From: Okamejei kenojei
Taxonomy: Eukaryota
Length of the DNA stretch: 64,000 nucleotides
NCBI GenBank assembly: GCA_035221665.1
Contig: CM069145.1
Span: 46,500,001 to 46,564,000 of the forward strand
Reading direction: 5' to 3'
Made by a program: the position numbers and the translations under genes. Under the pieces are notes generated by a model that saw only the letters and a program-made list of their open reading frames with translations, had not been told where the DNA came from and searched no databases. Each line of letters opens with the position of its first letter. Position 1 is the stretch's first letter. Positions 13,110 through 25,844 of this stretch are shown here, piece after piece.

Positions 13110-15059
13110 GTGAGTTTGTCAGAATCTTATTATTTAATGTGAATGTGAATTGCTCCTGTGTTTCCAGACAGCAAATCCAATTTATTTCTACAATGCCTGT
13201 TTGTATTTTTTTTAACATAGTGGTCAAGTGGTTGGAATTCAGCAATATGATTGACTTGTTCCAATAGTATGACATGGCGAGTTTTAACGCCCACACTTTT
13301 TAACATAAAAATGGATGCAGTACAGACTATGTGAGAGCATTGGCACATCTGCATCCGACCTCCAACTAGATGCTTACCTCTGCACTTGCAGCTAACCAGT
13401 TCGCTAAGAATTAAGAGCTAGTTGTCAGTTCATTCTAGCTAATGTTCATCACCTAAGCTAAATTAGAAACAAAGCTTATTTTATATTTTACTGCCATAAA
13501 TGTATATGGATGGGACGGTATTATTCCCCATCCATGGAGAAGCTTTAAATTAATTTTCTTAAACATAAATGTTTCATTCTTCTACGTTATTAATGTTTAG
13601 TTCCTAATTTTAAATCTATCTTGAGCGTTCACATACTTGATCCAATTTGTAGTCCATAGATGTTAATTGCTGCCCATAAAAAGAATACACCAAATGGGAA
13701 AATATAGAGTTGGCAATTGTAGCCTTGACTGCTGGCTTTTTCCCAATTAACAGATTAGAGTTTGATCTTCTGAGTTGCTGTAGCCTTCCAGAGATGTTCA
13801 AACATTTGCAGATTTCTCAGCACTTATGCATGTTGCAGGTATTTGGATCGTTACAGGGTAATTCCCTTTTTTATTTGCTTTAATCCAGTTAGTTTCAAGT
13901 TATTTATTATTTTAGTGTTTCTTAAATATATATTTAAAAAACTTATTATAGTCTTTGTTTTTAACAGTGAGTTTTGAATGTTTTATAAATATCTGGGATA
14001 ATTTAAAATATTTGACTTCAAGACAGCTTTGATAGCTTCGAGCTCGGGACTGCCCAAGCAATTCTACGGGAAGAGCCTGTTAGTTATGCTCTGTGTTTAC
14101 TAGCCTTGCGATCCAGCGAAAGACCGCAGCTGAGGATCCACTTCAAGTGGAAATGATCTTCAAAGGCTGATGACCAGCCAGTTGAGACAGCTAACTGGTC
14201 CATGTAAATCTACCCTGATGTTCTGGTATTTCTTAAAATTATTAATGAAAATGAGTAATTCCTAAAAGGTTGCATGAAAACTTACAACTCTGTTCCTCTT
14301 GAAATGTGAAAACTGGTGTGTATCAAGTGAAAGTTTGTGATGTGAGGAATATTCTATTTATGTCGTGTTCGATTTTCTCTTTATTCATGAAAGGTAGCAT
14401 TGGAAATGATCTTTTGTTTATCATACACGGCATGTTTAGGGAAATGTAATACTGCAGATGTTTCTGTATTCAGATTTTCCTGTATTCAATACAAAACACT
14501 TTATAGAAATAAAATTTGATTTCAAAAATAAATATTTTTGATTTTAGTTAGATTATCCTCACACATTCATCATTATGCCCAAGACTTAATTTTGATCCAC
14601 AGCGTTTTGGAGTTGCAGGTAGTTCTCACCCGATATGGCTGTCCTAATGAGAATTTCCTTTCAATTTCATGTACGAACTTTTGAAAGGAACATTGTTGAT
14701 GGTTTTGGGAATCCAGGTATATGACAGTTTAGTTTTCACCAGAACTCTTGTGATAACACTCCCTCTGACGAGTTTAGGAAGTTTGTGTTTAGAGTGTAGT
14801 GTGACAGAAGAAGTTTTGTTTTGAAGATCAACCCTTGTAAAGCTAAATTGTTTTCTGACTATTTTAAATATTTTTAAATATTTATTAACTGTAGGCATGT
14901 ATCTGCCAATCAAATTCCTGTGCCTTTGAAATTATTCCTTTGGCCTTCACTAAAGTGGCAAATAATGTCCCGTCTAGGCCTAATCTTTGTTTTATAACTG
15001 GCTCATACATTTCTTTTTGCACAGGTTATGCAATTTGCTGCCAATGCCAGATGTAATTG

Positions 15060-16140
15060 CTTACTTCTGATTACTCTTGACAATTAGTACTGAGGTACCA
15101 TCTTGAGATTCGACAGACATAATAATTTGAAAGGACTTGTGCAATGCTGTTTTTGAATAGCAAAATGTGAATCTAGAGACAATGAAGGAAAGGCGATCTA
15201 TTTCCAGTTTGGAATACTTAGTGTGTGGGTTTATAGGTCAGGGTTTTGGGAAGTGCTGCTGAAGAAGTGGTGGTAAGTTGCTGTAATCTATCATATAGAT
15301 GATCCACACTGTACTGGATGTGGCAGTGCGAACTGACTACCATCAAGATTTTGTCCAGAATTATGTTGAGTTTCTTCAGCTGTTGGAGCCACACTCGCCC
15401 ACAAATATGCTTTTGTGTTTTCCATGTGGCTCGTGGAAAAGCTTTGGGGACGCAGAAAGTGATTCATTGCTCCTGAATATTTGGTCTTTGGTATAGTCTT
15501 GTGGTTATAAGAGGCTCTAACCTAAGCCTGAATCACATACGTTGAATAAAATATCTTAAGAGAAATCCACTGTGGCCTTATGGTTGAAAAGATTTGATGA
15601 AACAGTTGGGCTTTGTGCCTTGTCCTGGAGTCCTTGTGCTCAGCTCTGAGACTGACCGCTATAATCATTCTCTGTGCTAGGTATGACTCTATCCACTGAA
15701 GTTTCCCCCACCTCCTTCGCATTGACCAGTTTTACTCGAGCTTCTTGATTCCAGGCTTGTGGATCCTCTTAATGTGAAAGGCATTTACTTTCTTCTCACT
15801 TAGTTTTTTTTGTGACAAGGTCAGAAGCCAGATGGTTTTGGCAGAACACCCAACCAGACATGAATGACTAGGTTATTGATATGCAGTTGTTGTCTTTTAA
15901 CTTGTCCTGTCACATTGCTGATGATTGACGTCCAGTAACTACTGTTTTGTGCAAGGTGCAACAATTGGAGTGCTTTCTCTTTGATCCCCATCATTGTGGA
16001 CTTGATTATAAATATTCCCATTGCACTATTCAGGAAAGAACGGGGACGAGTTAGGTTTATTGCAATCATTATTTAGACAATCATCTTGTGCGATAATTTT
16101 TCATTCTTTGTGCTTCTGCCTGGATATTGGTTCTGCTTGA
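15060..16140 (-). mobile_element. Old, highly degenerate LINE (RT) fragments
   Basis: RT-like remnants GKLQWIESYLAQR and MGIKEKALQLL in minus-strand ORFs. Confidence 0.45.
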
Positions 16141-18273
16141 TCAGATTAGCTTGGGCGAGATGCAAGGACTGATCTTATTGACTGAATTGGGTGGTGAGAT
16201 ACAGTGAGGCTTCAGTGCCGAGTAAGGCTCATTGACTGAGGTCTTGAGGCCCCACACACTGAACATCCCAATGGCTTTGACAGTAGGCAAAACAGCAAGT
16301 GAACTTTCACTACCTGCCAAACCTGACATTTTTGGCCAATTCTAAATGTGGCAAATTTTAAGGACTACTAAAGTGATGTAAATTCAAACAAAAAAGCAAA
16401 TTTTGCTTAAAAAGTTTGAATATTGCAGCCATGTTTTCTTAAAGCACTTCATTGCCATGTCTGAAACACTTCTTCAATGTCCTGATTTTGTGAATAATGC
16501 AATGTAAATAGAAGTTACTTTTTTCTTCACCTGTGATTTCCACCTTTAAATTTATTGTGAGCTTTATTATTTGTCTTCAGTTCTTCCCTGGGTTAATTTT
16601 CCATTCCATTCCTGTTGTATGATGATTCACTATTGTTATTTTGTATCGTGCTTCTGGTGTGCACAAATTTTGCAGAAAACAAGATATTTTTATATTTTCT
16701 GAATTAATCCTTATCTGTAATAAAACATATACAAAACAAAAACAGCGTAAAACTCTTAATGCATTCCTTCTGTGTCTACACACTCAATATTGCAGTAGTG
16801 TTAGAAACCTCTCATTTTCCTTACATATAGCACCATTGCTACTCGTATTCCCCTGGGGTGATATCCCTTCCCTTGTTTGAGGCATATCCTCACCAGAATC
16901 AGCCCCTCAATGTCCCTTGACAGGCCGTGGTCCTCCCCCACAGAGCCTTCACGTAGGCTTAGTGTGTCCCTCAGATTCCTGCAGTCTGGATTCAGTTCAG
17001 TTTAGTTTATTGACAAGTGTACCGAGCGAGGTACAGTGAAAAGCTTTTGTTGCGTGTTATCCAGTGAAAAGCTTTTGTTGCGTTCTATACAGATTGGTCC
17101 AGTCGGCGAGATTACCATTAAACACAGGAAATATAAGCAAGAATGGTTCTCTTTATCCCTTGCCATTTATGTTTTGAAATTGTCTTGCATATTCTTATTT
17201 TCTCAGTTTCTGATTTTCAGAGTTTGGTTTTACCTCAAAGTGTTAACCTCAATTTTAATTATCATCATTGCCAGCCTGCTTATCACATAGTTTTTCCTTC
17301 CTTCAACGTTTTTCCTCTCTTACACACACGCGCACAGGCACACACTATCTTTTGCCCATGGATATTTTCTAACAATCTCAAAGGCAGGTTACTTGTCATT
17401 TTAACTCATTGATGAGTGTTGGAGCATGCTATTTGTCCTTTTCTTGTATGAATATGAATTATTGTAGGAGTATGAATATCTTTCTAGTTTTGTCTTTCAA
17501 TTTGTGCACATGCAAACGGTGTTTTGACTTTCAACAAAATGCCAACTTTCCATCTTTGCAGTTGGCATTTTATAGGCAGGTTGGATGCTAAGTTCAAATG
17601 CTTGGACATCTGCAGCATTGTACCAAGAAGTCATTAACTTAATTTAGATGGACCACATGAAAATAAAATGTATGGAGGAATTCCTCTGTTTAAATTGTAG
17701 AAATGTGTGGAACAGATGGAAGATATTCAGCCTATTGTACCTCTGGCAAGGAATGCACTTCATCTTATATCTACTTTGCACCCCTCAGTGTATAACCCCA
17801 CATGTTATCAATCTTTCAGTGCTCATCTAAATACTTTTTAAATGTGGTGATGGTTTCAGCTTCCACCACCCTTGCAGTCTCTCACCATTATTTCATACGG
17901 TCTTTTATCTTGTACAACATTGCTCACTTCAATTCTGCTTTGAAAAGTGTAATCTCTCCACTCTTGCCCTTGTTCTGAGGAAGGGTTGTTGATCTGAAAT
18001 CGTGACTCGTTTCTCTTTGTACATATGCTGCCTGACTGGCTGAGTTCTCCAAACATTTCTGTTTGTTTCAGATTCAAACACTTGCAAGGTTTTTTTTGTT
18101 ATCGACAAAGTTATTGATCTCTCTGCTGAGGGAAATAGCCCCGTACTATTTACCTAAGTCCGCGTGTTCCATAATTTTATACACCTAATTTTAATCTCTC
18201 TTTCAATATAACCATAATTATACCTGGCAACAAAGTCATAAGTATCCTTTACACTGTGAGTTTACTAGTCCCA

Positions 18274-19893
18274 CAGTGCCCTCCATAATGTTTGGGACAA
18301 AGACCCGTCATTTATTTATTTGCCTCTGAACTCCACAATTTGAGATTTTTAATAGAAAAAATCACATGTGGTTAAAGTGCACATTGTCAGATTTTAATAA
18401 AGGCCATTTTTATGCATTTTGATTTCACCACGTAGAAATTACAGCAGTGTTTATACATAGTCCCCCCCCCCCCACCCCCACCCCCATTTTAGGGCACCAT
18501 ATTGTTTGGGACACAGGAATGTAATGTCAATGAAAGTAGTCATGTTTAGTATTTTGTTGCATATCCTTTACATTCAATGACTGCTTGAAGTCTGCGATTC
18601 ATGGACATCACCAGTTGCTGGGTGTCTTCTCTGGTGATGCTCTGTCAGGCATGTATTGCAGTCATCTTTAGCTTATGCTTGTTTTGGGGGCTAGTCCCCT
18701 TCAGTTTTCTCTTCAGCATATAAAAGGCATGCTCAGTTGGGCTTAGATCGGGTGATTGAAGGCCACTCAAGAATTTACAATTTTTTATCTTTGAAAAACT
18801 CCTTTGTTGCTTTAGCAGTATGTTTGGGATAATTGTCTTGCTGTAGAATGAACTGCCAGCCAATGAGTTTTGAGGCATTTGTTTGAACTTGAGCAGATAG
18901 GATGTGTCTAAGCACTCCAGAATTCATTATGCTACTACCATCAGCAGTTGTATCCTCAATTAAGCCAGTACCTGCAGAAGCCATGCATGCCCAGGCCATA
19001 ACATCCCCACCATCGTGTTTCATAGAAGAAATTGTATGCTTTGGATTCTTCTCTCCTCCATACTTTGTTCTTGCCATCACTCTGATATGTTAATCTTCGA
19101 CTCATCTGTCCACAAGACCTTTTTCCAGAACTGTGGTTGTTTTTTAAGTACTTTTTTGCAAACTGTAACCTGGCCATCCTATTTTTGCAGCTAACTGGTG
19201 GTTTGCATCTTGCAGTGTAGCCTCTGTATTTCTGTTCATGAAGTCTTCTGCTGACAGTGGTAATTGACAAATCCACACCTGACTCCTGAAGAGTGTTTCT
19301 GATCTGTTTGGAGATTTTTCTTTATTATAGAGAGAATTCTTCTGTCAGCTGTGGAGGTCTTCCTTGGCCTGCCAGTCCCTTTGCGATTAGTAAGCTCACC
19401 AGTGCTCTCTTTCTTCTTAATGATGTTCCAAACAGTTGATTTTGGTAAGCCTAAGGTTTGGCTGATGTCTCTGAATAGTTTTATTCTTGTTTCTCAGACT
19501 CATAATGGCTTGTTTGACTTTCATTGGCAGAACTTTGGTCCTCATGTTGATAAACAGCAATAAAAGTTTCCAAAGGTGATGGAAAGACAAGGTGCTGAGC
19601 GCTCTCATATATACCTGCATTAAGGAGGCAATTAAACACACCTGAGCAATTGCAAATGCCTTTGAAGCCAAGTGTCCCAAACATTATGGTGCACTGAAAT
19701 GGGGGAACTATGTATAAATATAGCTGTAATTTCTACATAGTGAAATCAAAATGTATAAAAATGGCCTTTAATAAAATCTGACAATGTGCACTTTAACCAC
19801 ATGTAATTTTTCTATTACAAATCTCAAATTGTGGCGTACAGAGGTAAATAAATAAATGATGGGTCTTTGTCCCAAACATTATGGAGGGCACTG
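18274..19893 (-). mobile_element. Tc1/mariner DNA transposon copy 2 (defective)
   Basis: CAGTGCCCTCCATAATG...CATTATGGAGGGCACTG|TA, 1620 bp; left TA mutated to CA; frameshifted transposase on minus strand with VLWTDE. Confidence 0.95.
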
Positions 19894-19911
19894 TATATCA
19901 TTAATTCTGTT

Positions 19912-20215
19912 AAGTATAGTTCAGAGATGCAGCGCGGAAACAGGCCCTTCGGCCCATCATGTCCGCAGCGACCAGCGATCCCTGCACATAAACACTTTCC
20001 AACACACACTGCAACAATTTAAAAAAAAAAAAAAAAACATTTCTAGCAAGCCAATTAACCTACAAATCTGTACGTCTTTGGAATGTAGAAGGAGAAACTA
20101 ACACAGGTCACGGGGCGAACGTATAAACTCCGTACAGACAGCGCCGGTAGTCAGGATCGATCCCGGGTCTCTGATGCTGTAAGGCAGCAACTCTACAACT
20201 GCGCCACCGTGCCGC
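19912..20215 (-). mobile_element. HE1-type tRNA-derived V-SINE
   Basis: tRNA-like head (GCGGCACGGTGGCGCAG on minus strand), V-domain (GTCTGTACGGAGTTT), CR1-like tail (GGGCCGAAGGGCCTGTTTCC). Confidence 0.85.
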
Positions 20216-20630
20216 AAAGTGGTGACGAGAACAGCATAGGTCAACCTAGCCTTTTGCACAGTTCTGCCCTGACCTCACTGGTCTTGTATTCTAAGCTGTG
20301 ACCTATAATGATTAGAATTCCACTCTTCCTATTTGCCACATTTTGGACATTCCTATTCAAGAACTACAAAATTAATATGTTTCTCGACACATCACACTAT
20401 TCAACTATTTATAGGGGATCCCCTTATCTTCTTCACCTCCTTGCGTGTGTTAACCTCACTTTATTCTAGACTGTATTGTTGATTATCAATCACATTTTCC
20501 CACAAAATCATTAACCACCTCCTGATGGTAGATGCAATTAAGTTTATTGATTTTTTTTTTTTTTTTTTAGTAATGCCTATTACAACACATGTACTGAAAA
20601 TTGTAAATAGTATTATTTGGTCATATCTAG

Positions 20631-20811
20631 GGTCATTACACCCGTGCTCAAGCCAATAGCCCACGATTGGCGATGATTTCCCAGAATTTATCAGGAAAGC
20701 AGAATCAGCAGCAACAACGAATGATTCGTTCAAATAAAAGGAAAGAATCTGATTGTAGCATTCTGGAAGAAGCTAAAACGGAGGATAAATGTGAAAACCC
20801 TGTAAAAGAAG
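20631..20811 (+). CDS. JMJD1C: JMJD1C exon 7-equivalent (GHYTRAQANSPRLAM...CENPVKE)
   Basis: tctag|GGT, GAAG|gtaaaa, 181 nt, phase 0-1; HYTRAQANSPR motif. Confidence 0.92.
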
Positions 20812-20908
20812 GTAAAATCATGTGTTTTGATTTGTTTTAATTTCTTCTCACATTGAGTATTTTCAAAGTATATTAACCAGATAAACATATTCCATTTTCT
20901 TCATATAG

Positions 20909-22446
20909 AATCTTCAAAGAGCAAAGCAAAACAGTCGGCTAATAAAAGGAGAAAGCCAGTTGAAGATGAAAAGCAAGTGACTTCAGAAAGACTGAGAACA
21001 AATAATAATTCGGACACTGAAAGCAGCGAGTCTGAAAATTCTGTGAATAAAGTCATCTTAGATTCTTCGTCTGAGCAGAGTTCAGAAACTGAATTGCCAA
21101 ACAAGATAACTCTGGATGATAATAAAGATGAAAATATCTTGCAGAAAAAACAAGAATCTGGGGAAAAGATGGTAATTGATAATTCAGCTCTCTGTAATAA
21201 GATTAACAAGGAGAATGAAACTCAAAGACCTGAACTAGTTGACAATAAAATTGATCTGCATAAGCCGAAGGTTGATAGTCAACAAAGCATAAAATCCCAA
21301 GAAGTAACTGGTGGGTGCATTGTAGAAGTAATGACGACTAGTGAATCTGTGGAGCCATATCCATATAAGCTGTTAAATGTATCTGAACAGAAATCTATAA
21401 TTGGTATCAGTAATGGAACTTTATCAAACAATGTGCTTCAGGAAGCTGTTGATACCTGTTCCCTCAGTCTCGCATCGCAGAAACTGGAAGTTGACACCCT
21501 AAATCCAACACTTGCAGTTTCAAAAAAACACAAATCAGATATTCAAAAATCAGAGGTAGATGTAGATCTGAACAGAATTAACAAAAAAGTCAAATCTCAA
21601 GTTGATGAATTTTCATTTGTTAATGATTACAATAGTGGTTTGGAAAAAGAAAAAGCATCTAATGCTTCAGGACCACAATCCAATCTTCCTGTTCATGCTA
21701 TCAACAAAATCAGTAAACCAAATAAAGCGACCACTTCACCTGAAACACTGAAGCCTGAAATATCTCATCCTCGCAGCCTAGCTGCTTCAGTTTCCAGGCC
21801 AACTGCAAGGTGTAAAAATGAGTCAAGTCTCCAACCTTTGGGTGCAAGAACAATTGTGGAAACGACAAGAAGCCCTTTAATTGTTGATAAAAATGAACAT
21901 TTTACTGTATACAGGGATCCTGCTTTGGTTGGACCTGAGGCAGTAACAAAATCTTTGTCACCATATTTGCACCCGCATCATCACCCACTTCACACTTCAT
22001 CACATTCAACTTGTTTGACCACAAATAGCTCTCATTTATCTGTAAGAGTGTCATCACATAATTCTGCCGGATCTCCACAGACTTCTGGTTCTAATGATGC
22101 CCGAACTCTCAACAGTGCCCTTTCCCACTCAGTTCATTCTTCCCATCTCCTTCCTAAAGTATTACCAGGAATTCCATCAGCATCTTTGGTGTGTGGGCAT
22201 TTAGATACTGTGCATGCAAGAAATTTAAACCCTTTAGCGCTGGCACATTGTCAGCAACAGTTTTTACAGCAGCAATCATCTCAGCTCCTTGGCCGGACCC
22301 ATCCATCTACTCCTTATAATCATCTTGGACTCTATCCTGTTATCTGGCAGTATTCAAATGGCACTAATCTGTCTTCGGGTCTAAGCTTGACCTCATCTAA
22401 GTGGATTCACCCTGAAAACTCAGTGAGTGCTGAAGCTTTTAGGAGG
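20909..22446 (+). CDS. JMJD1C: JMJD1C exon 8-equivalent (large low-complexity exon)
   Basis: tatag|AA, AGG|gtatgt, 1538 nt; contains ORF 20977 with SPLIVDKNEHFTVYRDPAL and HLGLYPVIWQY. Confidence 0.92.
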
Positions 22447-23384
22447 GTATGTTCCTTTGTTACATATTACACTGTACAAATGTGATGACTTACATGTACC
22501 TTGTGGTTGCATTTTAACCGTTCCTGCGATAGTATTCAGCATTTGTGTATATTTTCTGTTGCACGCTAAAGTTTAACTTACTTGAAGAATAACTGTTTAG
22601 AAGTTGTAATCTATTATTGATGATGGTAAATCCATCTTTAAACATGCAATTTTAAACAATTTTGATTGTAAATTATAGAAAGATTACAAACTTATTTATG
22701 TTTTAGTTCTTAAGTTTATATCTCATACTCGAGTGGCTTATATTTTGGGGTGGTGATAATTTCATTACAAAATGACATCTAGTTCATTGCAAAATGAATT
22801 AATGTATACTTCAGGCAAATAGTTACTGACCAGCATTTTATTAAAATCAGGCATAGATTTTTTTGCTGCAGTCCTTTTAATGCTTCCAAGCTTCATTCTC
22901 CAGCGTACTTCCTGATTTTGATCTGGATTTTTCTGTCAAATTCCTGATCATAATCTCAGCTCCCTTAGCCTGAGCGAAAATCAGATGGTGCTGAGTAGCT
23001 GCTGAGAGCCAGACCAGAAAAGAAAGGGATTAGGTGTAGCATATCTGGCTAGCTTCATGCTCAAGATAATAGAATCGTGTAAGACGAAAAATAATTGTAA
23101 CAGAAAATATCCTAAACATTTGAGTTTTTGTTTTGCTAAAATTGTGCAATTAAAACGAAAATGAAAACTTGCATGCTCTCAATGGAGAGCAGCTGAGATG
23201 AACTCATTCATATTCCTGTCCCCTATTTTCAAATGTTCATTTTTATCACGCAGGTTCAAGAAAAACAGGTTGCTTGTTGTCAAATAATTAACATGATAGT
23301 AGATAATGGTTTTGCTTTCCTACTTATATTTCTGCGTTCAGGAGGTATTGGATCTGACCAATAGATCTAAATTGAATTCACCAG

Positions 23385-23645
23385 AGCAGGATGGCTCAGT
23401 AATGCAGCTAGTTTGGTTGCTGCATGTTCAATTCCAGCCCCTGGTGCTGTTTGGGTGGAGTCTGCATGCTCCCTGTGTCTGGTTTCCATCATATCCTACA
23501 GATGTACAGGTTGATAGGTGAAATGGCTATGGTGAATTCACCCTCGTATAAGTAGGTAGTAGAATCTCTCAAGTCAATGAGAATGCGGAGAAAATAAAAT
23601 GGGATTGGTGCAAATAGGTGGCCTGGAGAGCCATTTATTATGCTG
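23385..23645 (+). mobile_element. Degenerate V-SINE
   Basis: GGTGCTGTTTGGGTGGAGTCTGCATGCTCCCTGTG core. Confidence 0.55.
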
Positions 23646-23954
23646 TTATGTTATGCTGTTTAATGCTATTACATCTATGTTATCTATATGTCTATTGTAC
23701 AGTTAAGTTGAATATTTAAACTAAAAAACAGCTGGAGCAAGAGTATTTGTAACGTGATAGCTGGAATTACTCTCAATGAGATGAATAATGCCTTTCATTT
23801 GTTACTTATTAATCAAGTTTATGTTTTCTATGGTACAATTTGACTAAAAACAAATGGCATTTCTAACTGAGGAATTAATTGCACAGAATTTATGTGCCGT
23901 CAGCTTCTGAGAGTGTGACATTTATTGATGCAATCATCTGTATTTTTGGAACAG

Positions 23955-24127
23955 AATGCATCCTGTCCGTGGCTACCTCAGCACACTTCTATGAGCTCAA
24001 CTGATGGTTTGGGATTTTTAAACCACATTCCTGTTCGTCCTGCTAGTGCTGAACTTCATCGACCCTCGAAACTGGCCCCGCCTTCTAGTCCACCTTTGTC
24101 TAAGTCAACTGGAAATCATCAGAAAGA
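23955..24127 (+). CDS. JMJD1C: JMJD1C exon 9-equivalent (NASCPWL...HIPVRPASAELHRP...NHQK)
   Basis: aacag|AAT, GA|gtaagc, 173 nt, phase 0-2. Confidence 0.92.
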
Positions 24128-24557
24128 GTAAGCCTCCTGTCTCTGAAGCTATTTAACCATTTTGATAGTAATGCTAAATAGGGCAAATTAGAATAGTATA
24201 ATGAGTTTAAAATTGTGATCAGAGTGAAAGGTGTTAATTGTTTAAAAGAATTGCATTTTTCTTACATCAGTTTAGTTAAAACTAGAAGACTGTTAAGGGC
24301 CTGTCCCACTTGGCCATCATTTACGCGGCAGGCCGGTAGTGACTGACAAGCGACAGTCCCGTGCGTCATCATGCGTCCGCACAGCCGTCTGGAGCGCGTG
24401 ACGTCATTTAAATACCCAGTTTATGATATTTCTGGTGATTTTCTAAAATGTTCCAGTTTCTTGAGTGGTGCTAGCAATTGGAAAACTGCAGATGCAATGC
24501 CCTTATTCAAAAACAGAGGTGAATGAAAAGTAGCCAGCTGCAGACTAAATTAATCCG

Positions 24558-24716
24558 TGGGAAGGAACTGCAGATGCTGGTTTAAATTGAAGATAGACAC
24601 AAAATGCTGGAGTAACTCAGTGGGACCGGCAGCATCTCTGGAGAGAAGGAATGGATGATGTTTTGGGTCGAGACTCTTCTTCAGTCTGAAGAAGGGTCTC
24701 GACCCGAAACGTCACC
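24558..24716. mobile_element. Penelope-like terminal (pLTR) fragment with head-to-head hammerhead cores
   Basis: GGAACTGCAGATGCTGG...GGGTCGAGACTCTTCTTCAG-T-CTGAAGAAGGGTCTCGACCCGAAACGTC; same repeat flanks the GIY-YIG fragment at 27467. Confidence 0.8.
24686..24713 (+). ncRNA. Minimal hammerhead ribozyme core (Penelope type)
   Basis: CUGAAGA-A-helix II GGGUC(UC)GACCC-GAAA-C-GUC; helix I weak, activity not shown. Confidence 0.55.
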
Positions 24717-25078
24717 CTGTCCTGGGCCTGTCCCACGTGGCTGTCATTTACGCGACAGGCGGGTGGCGTGCGAAGATTTCGTGCAGCACAAAATCCTGGC
24801 GCGCTGCACGATTCCGCACGCATCTCCACACTCCTCCACGCCACTCCATGCGCCTGTCCCGCACTACCCACACGCCACCCACACACTACCAGGTTACGTA
24901 AATGGCGTGCAAATGACGACCAAGTGGGACAGGCCCTTTAGGGTACCGGTTTACCCGGGTAGAGATTTAGAGGGGACCTAAGGGAGACCGTTTTCATGGT
25001 TGATGACTACCTGGAAAAGACTGACTGACAGAGTGGTGGGATCAGAGTTACTGATAGCATTTAACAAGTGTCTGGATG

Positions 25079-25372
25079 CAAGAGCGGAACTCGCTATAAA
25101 AGCATGGAGGGGACGGGGGACACAAATTTTTGGCGGCCGCGCGCGCATGTGCGCACTCACCCACTTCATGTCCCGCCCCCATTGCCTGCTGACCGACGTC
25201 TCTCTCGTCCAATCGGCACCCTTGATCAGCAGTCCCACCTCCACTGTCTCACGGAAAGCGGAGATTTTAAAATCCGGATTACAAAAGCTTGGGGGGGGGG
25301 GGGATGTCCCCCACCTCTCAAAACATGGAGGGGACGTGTCCCCTTTGGCCCCCCCTGGGTTTTCCGCCCCTG
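25079..25372. mobile_element. hAT-family MITE inserted in a CR1 fragment
   Basis: Perfect 8-bp TSD TCTGGATG (25071-25078, 25373-25380); TIR CAAGAGCGGAA / TTCCGCCCCTG. Confidence 0.85.
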
Positions 25373-25844
25373 TCTGGATGAGAACGAATTGTCGGCGTAG
25401 AAGGCTTTGGCTCAATGCTGAAAGATGGGCCTGTTCCCATGATGTATGGCTCCATGACATTTACCCACAGACTATTTTTGGTCCATTGAATTGGAACAAA
25501 AGAATAGGAACTGGGAACAAATAAAACCTGCTTTGCTGTTGAAAAATAATCATGGTTAATTTTTTTTTAACCTTTGCTCCATTTTCCTGCTTTTTTCCAT
25601 AACGCTGGATTCTCTTAATATCTAAGAAATTTTCCATCTGTCTTGAACTCAACAATTGAGCCACCACAGCCCTCTTGGGAAGTGAATCTTTGAAGAAAGA
25701 AAGCTGGCTGTTGAAATTTCTTCTCAAATGGTCAAACCCTATTTTGAGACGGTGACCCTGTCTCTTGACAACCCAATCTGGGGAAACATCAACCTGACAT
25801 CTACCCTTGCATCTTAATCTCTCCCATCTCTATTCTTGAGGTAC

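Larger units (their letters stand above)
24296..24937. mobile_element. PIF/Harbinger-like MITE composite containing CR1 and Penelope fragments and a second left end at 24724
   Basis: TTA|AGGGCCTGTCCCACTTGG...CCAAGTGGGACAGGCCCT|TTA. Confidence 0.75.

Noticed and set aside
13312-13425. Two hairpins (GGATGCAG/CTGCATCC and AACTAG/CTAGTT) suggesting an H/ACA snoRNA
   Set aside because: No H box in the hinge and no ACA box after the second hairpin
14130-14160. Hammerhead-like CTGAGGA...GAAA in intron 6
   Set aside because: Helix II does not close in register with GAAA, and no helix I or III can be formed
14168-14220. C/D box snoRNA (TGATGA...CTGA)
   Set aside because: Too short, no purine before the C box and no terminal stem
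19912-20215. tRNA gene
   Set aside because: The tRNA-like part is the head of a multi-copy SINE and is followed by the V core and LINE-derived tail
20901-21209. Antisense ORFs over exons 8 and 10
   Set aside because: Expected shadow frames of long coding exons, with no independent signals
24978-25524. Overlapping 160-aa and 174-aa ORFs
   Set aside because: They span a hAT MITE and a CR1 remnant; open only because of high GC content
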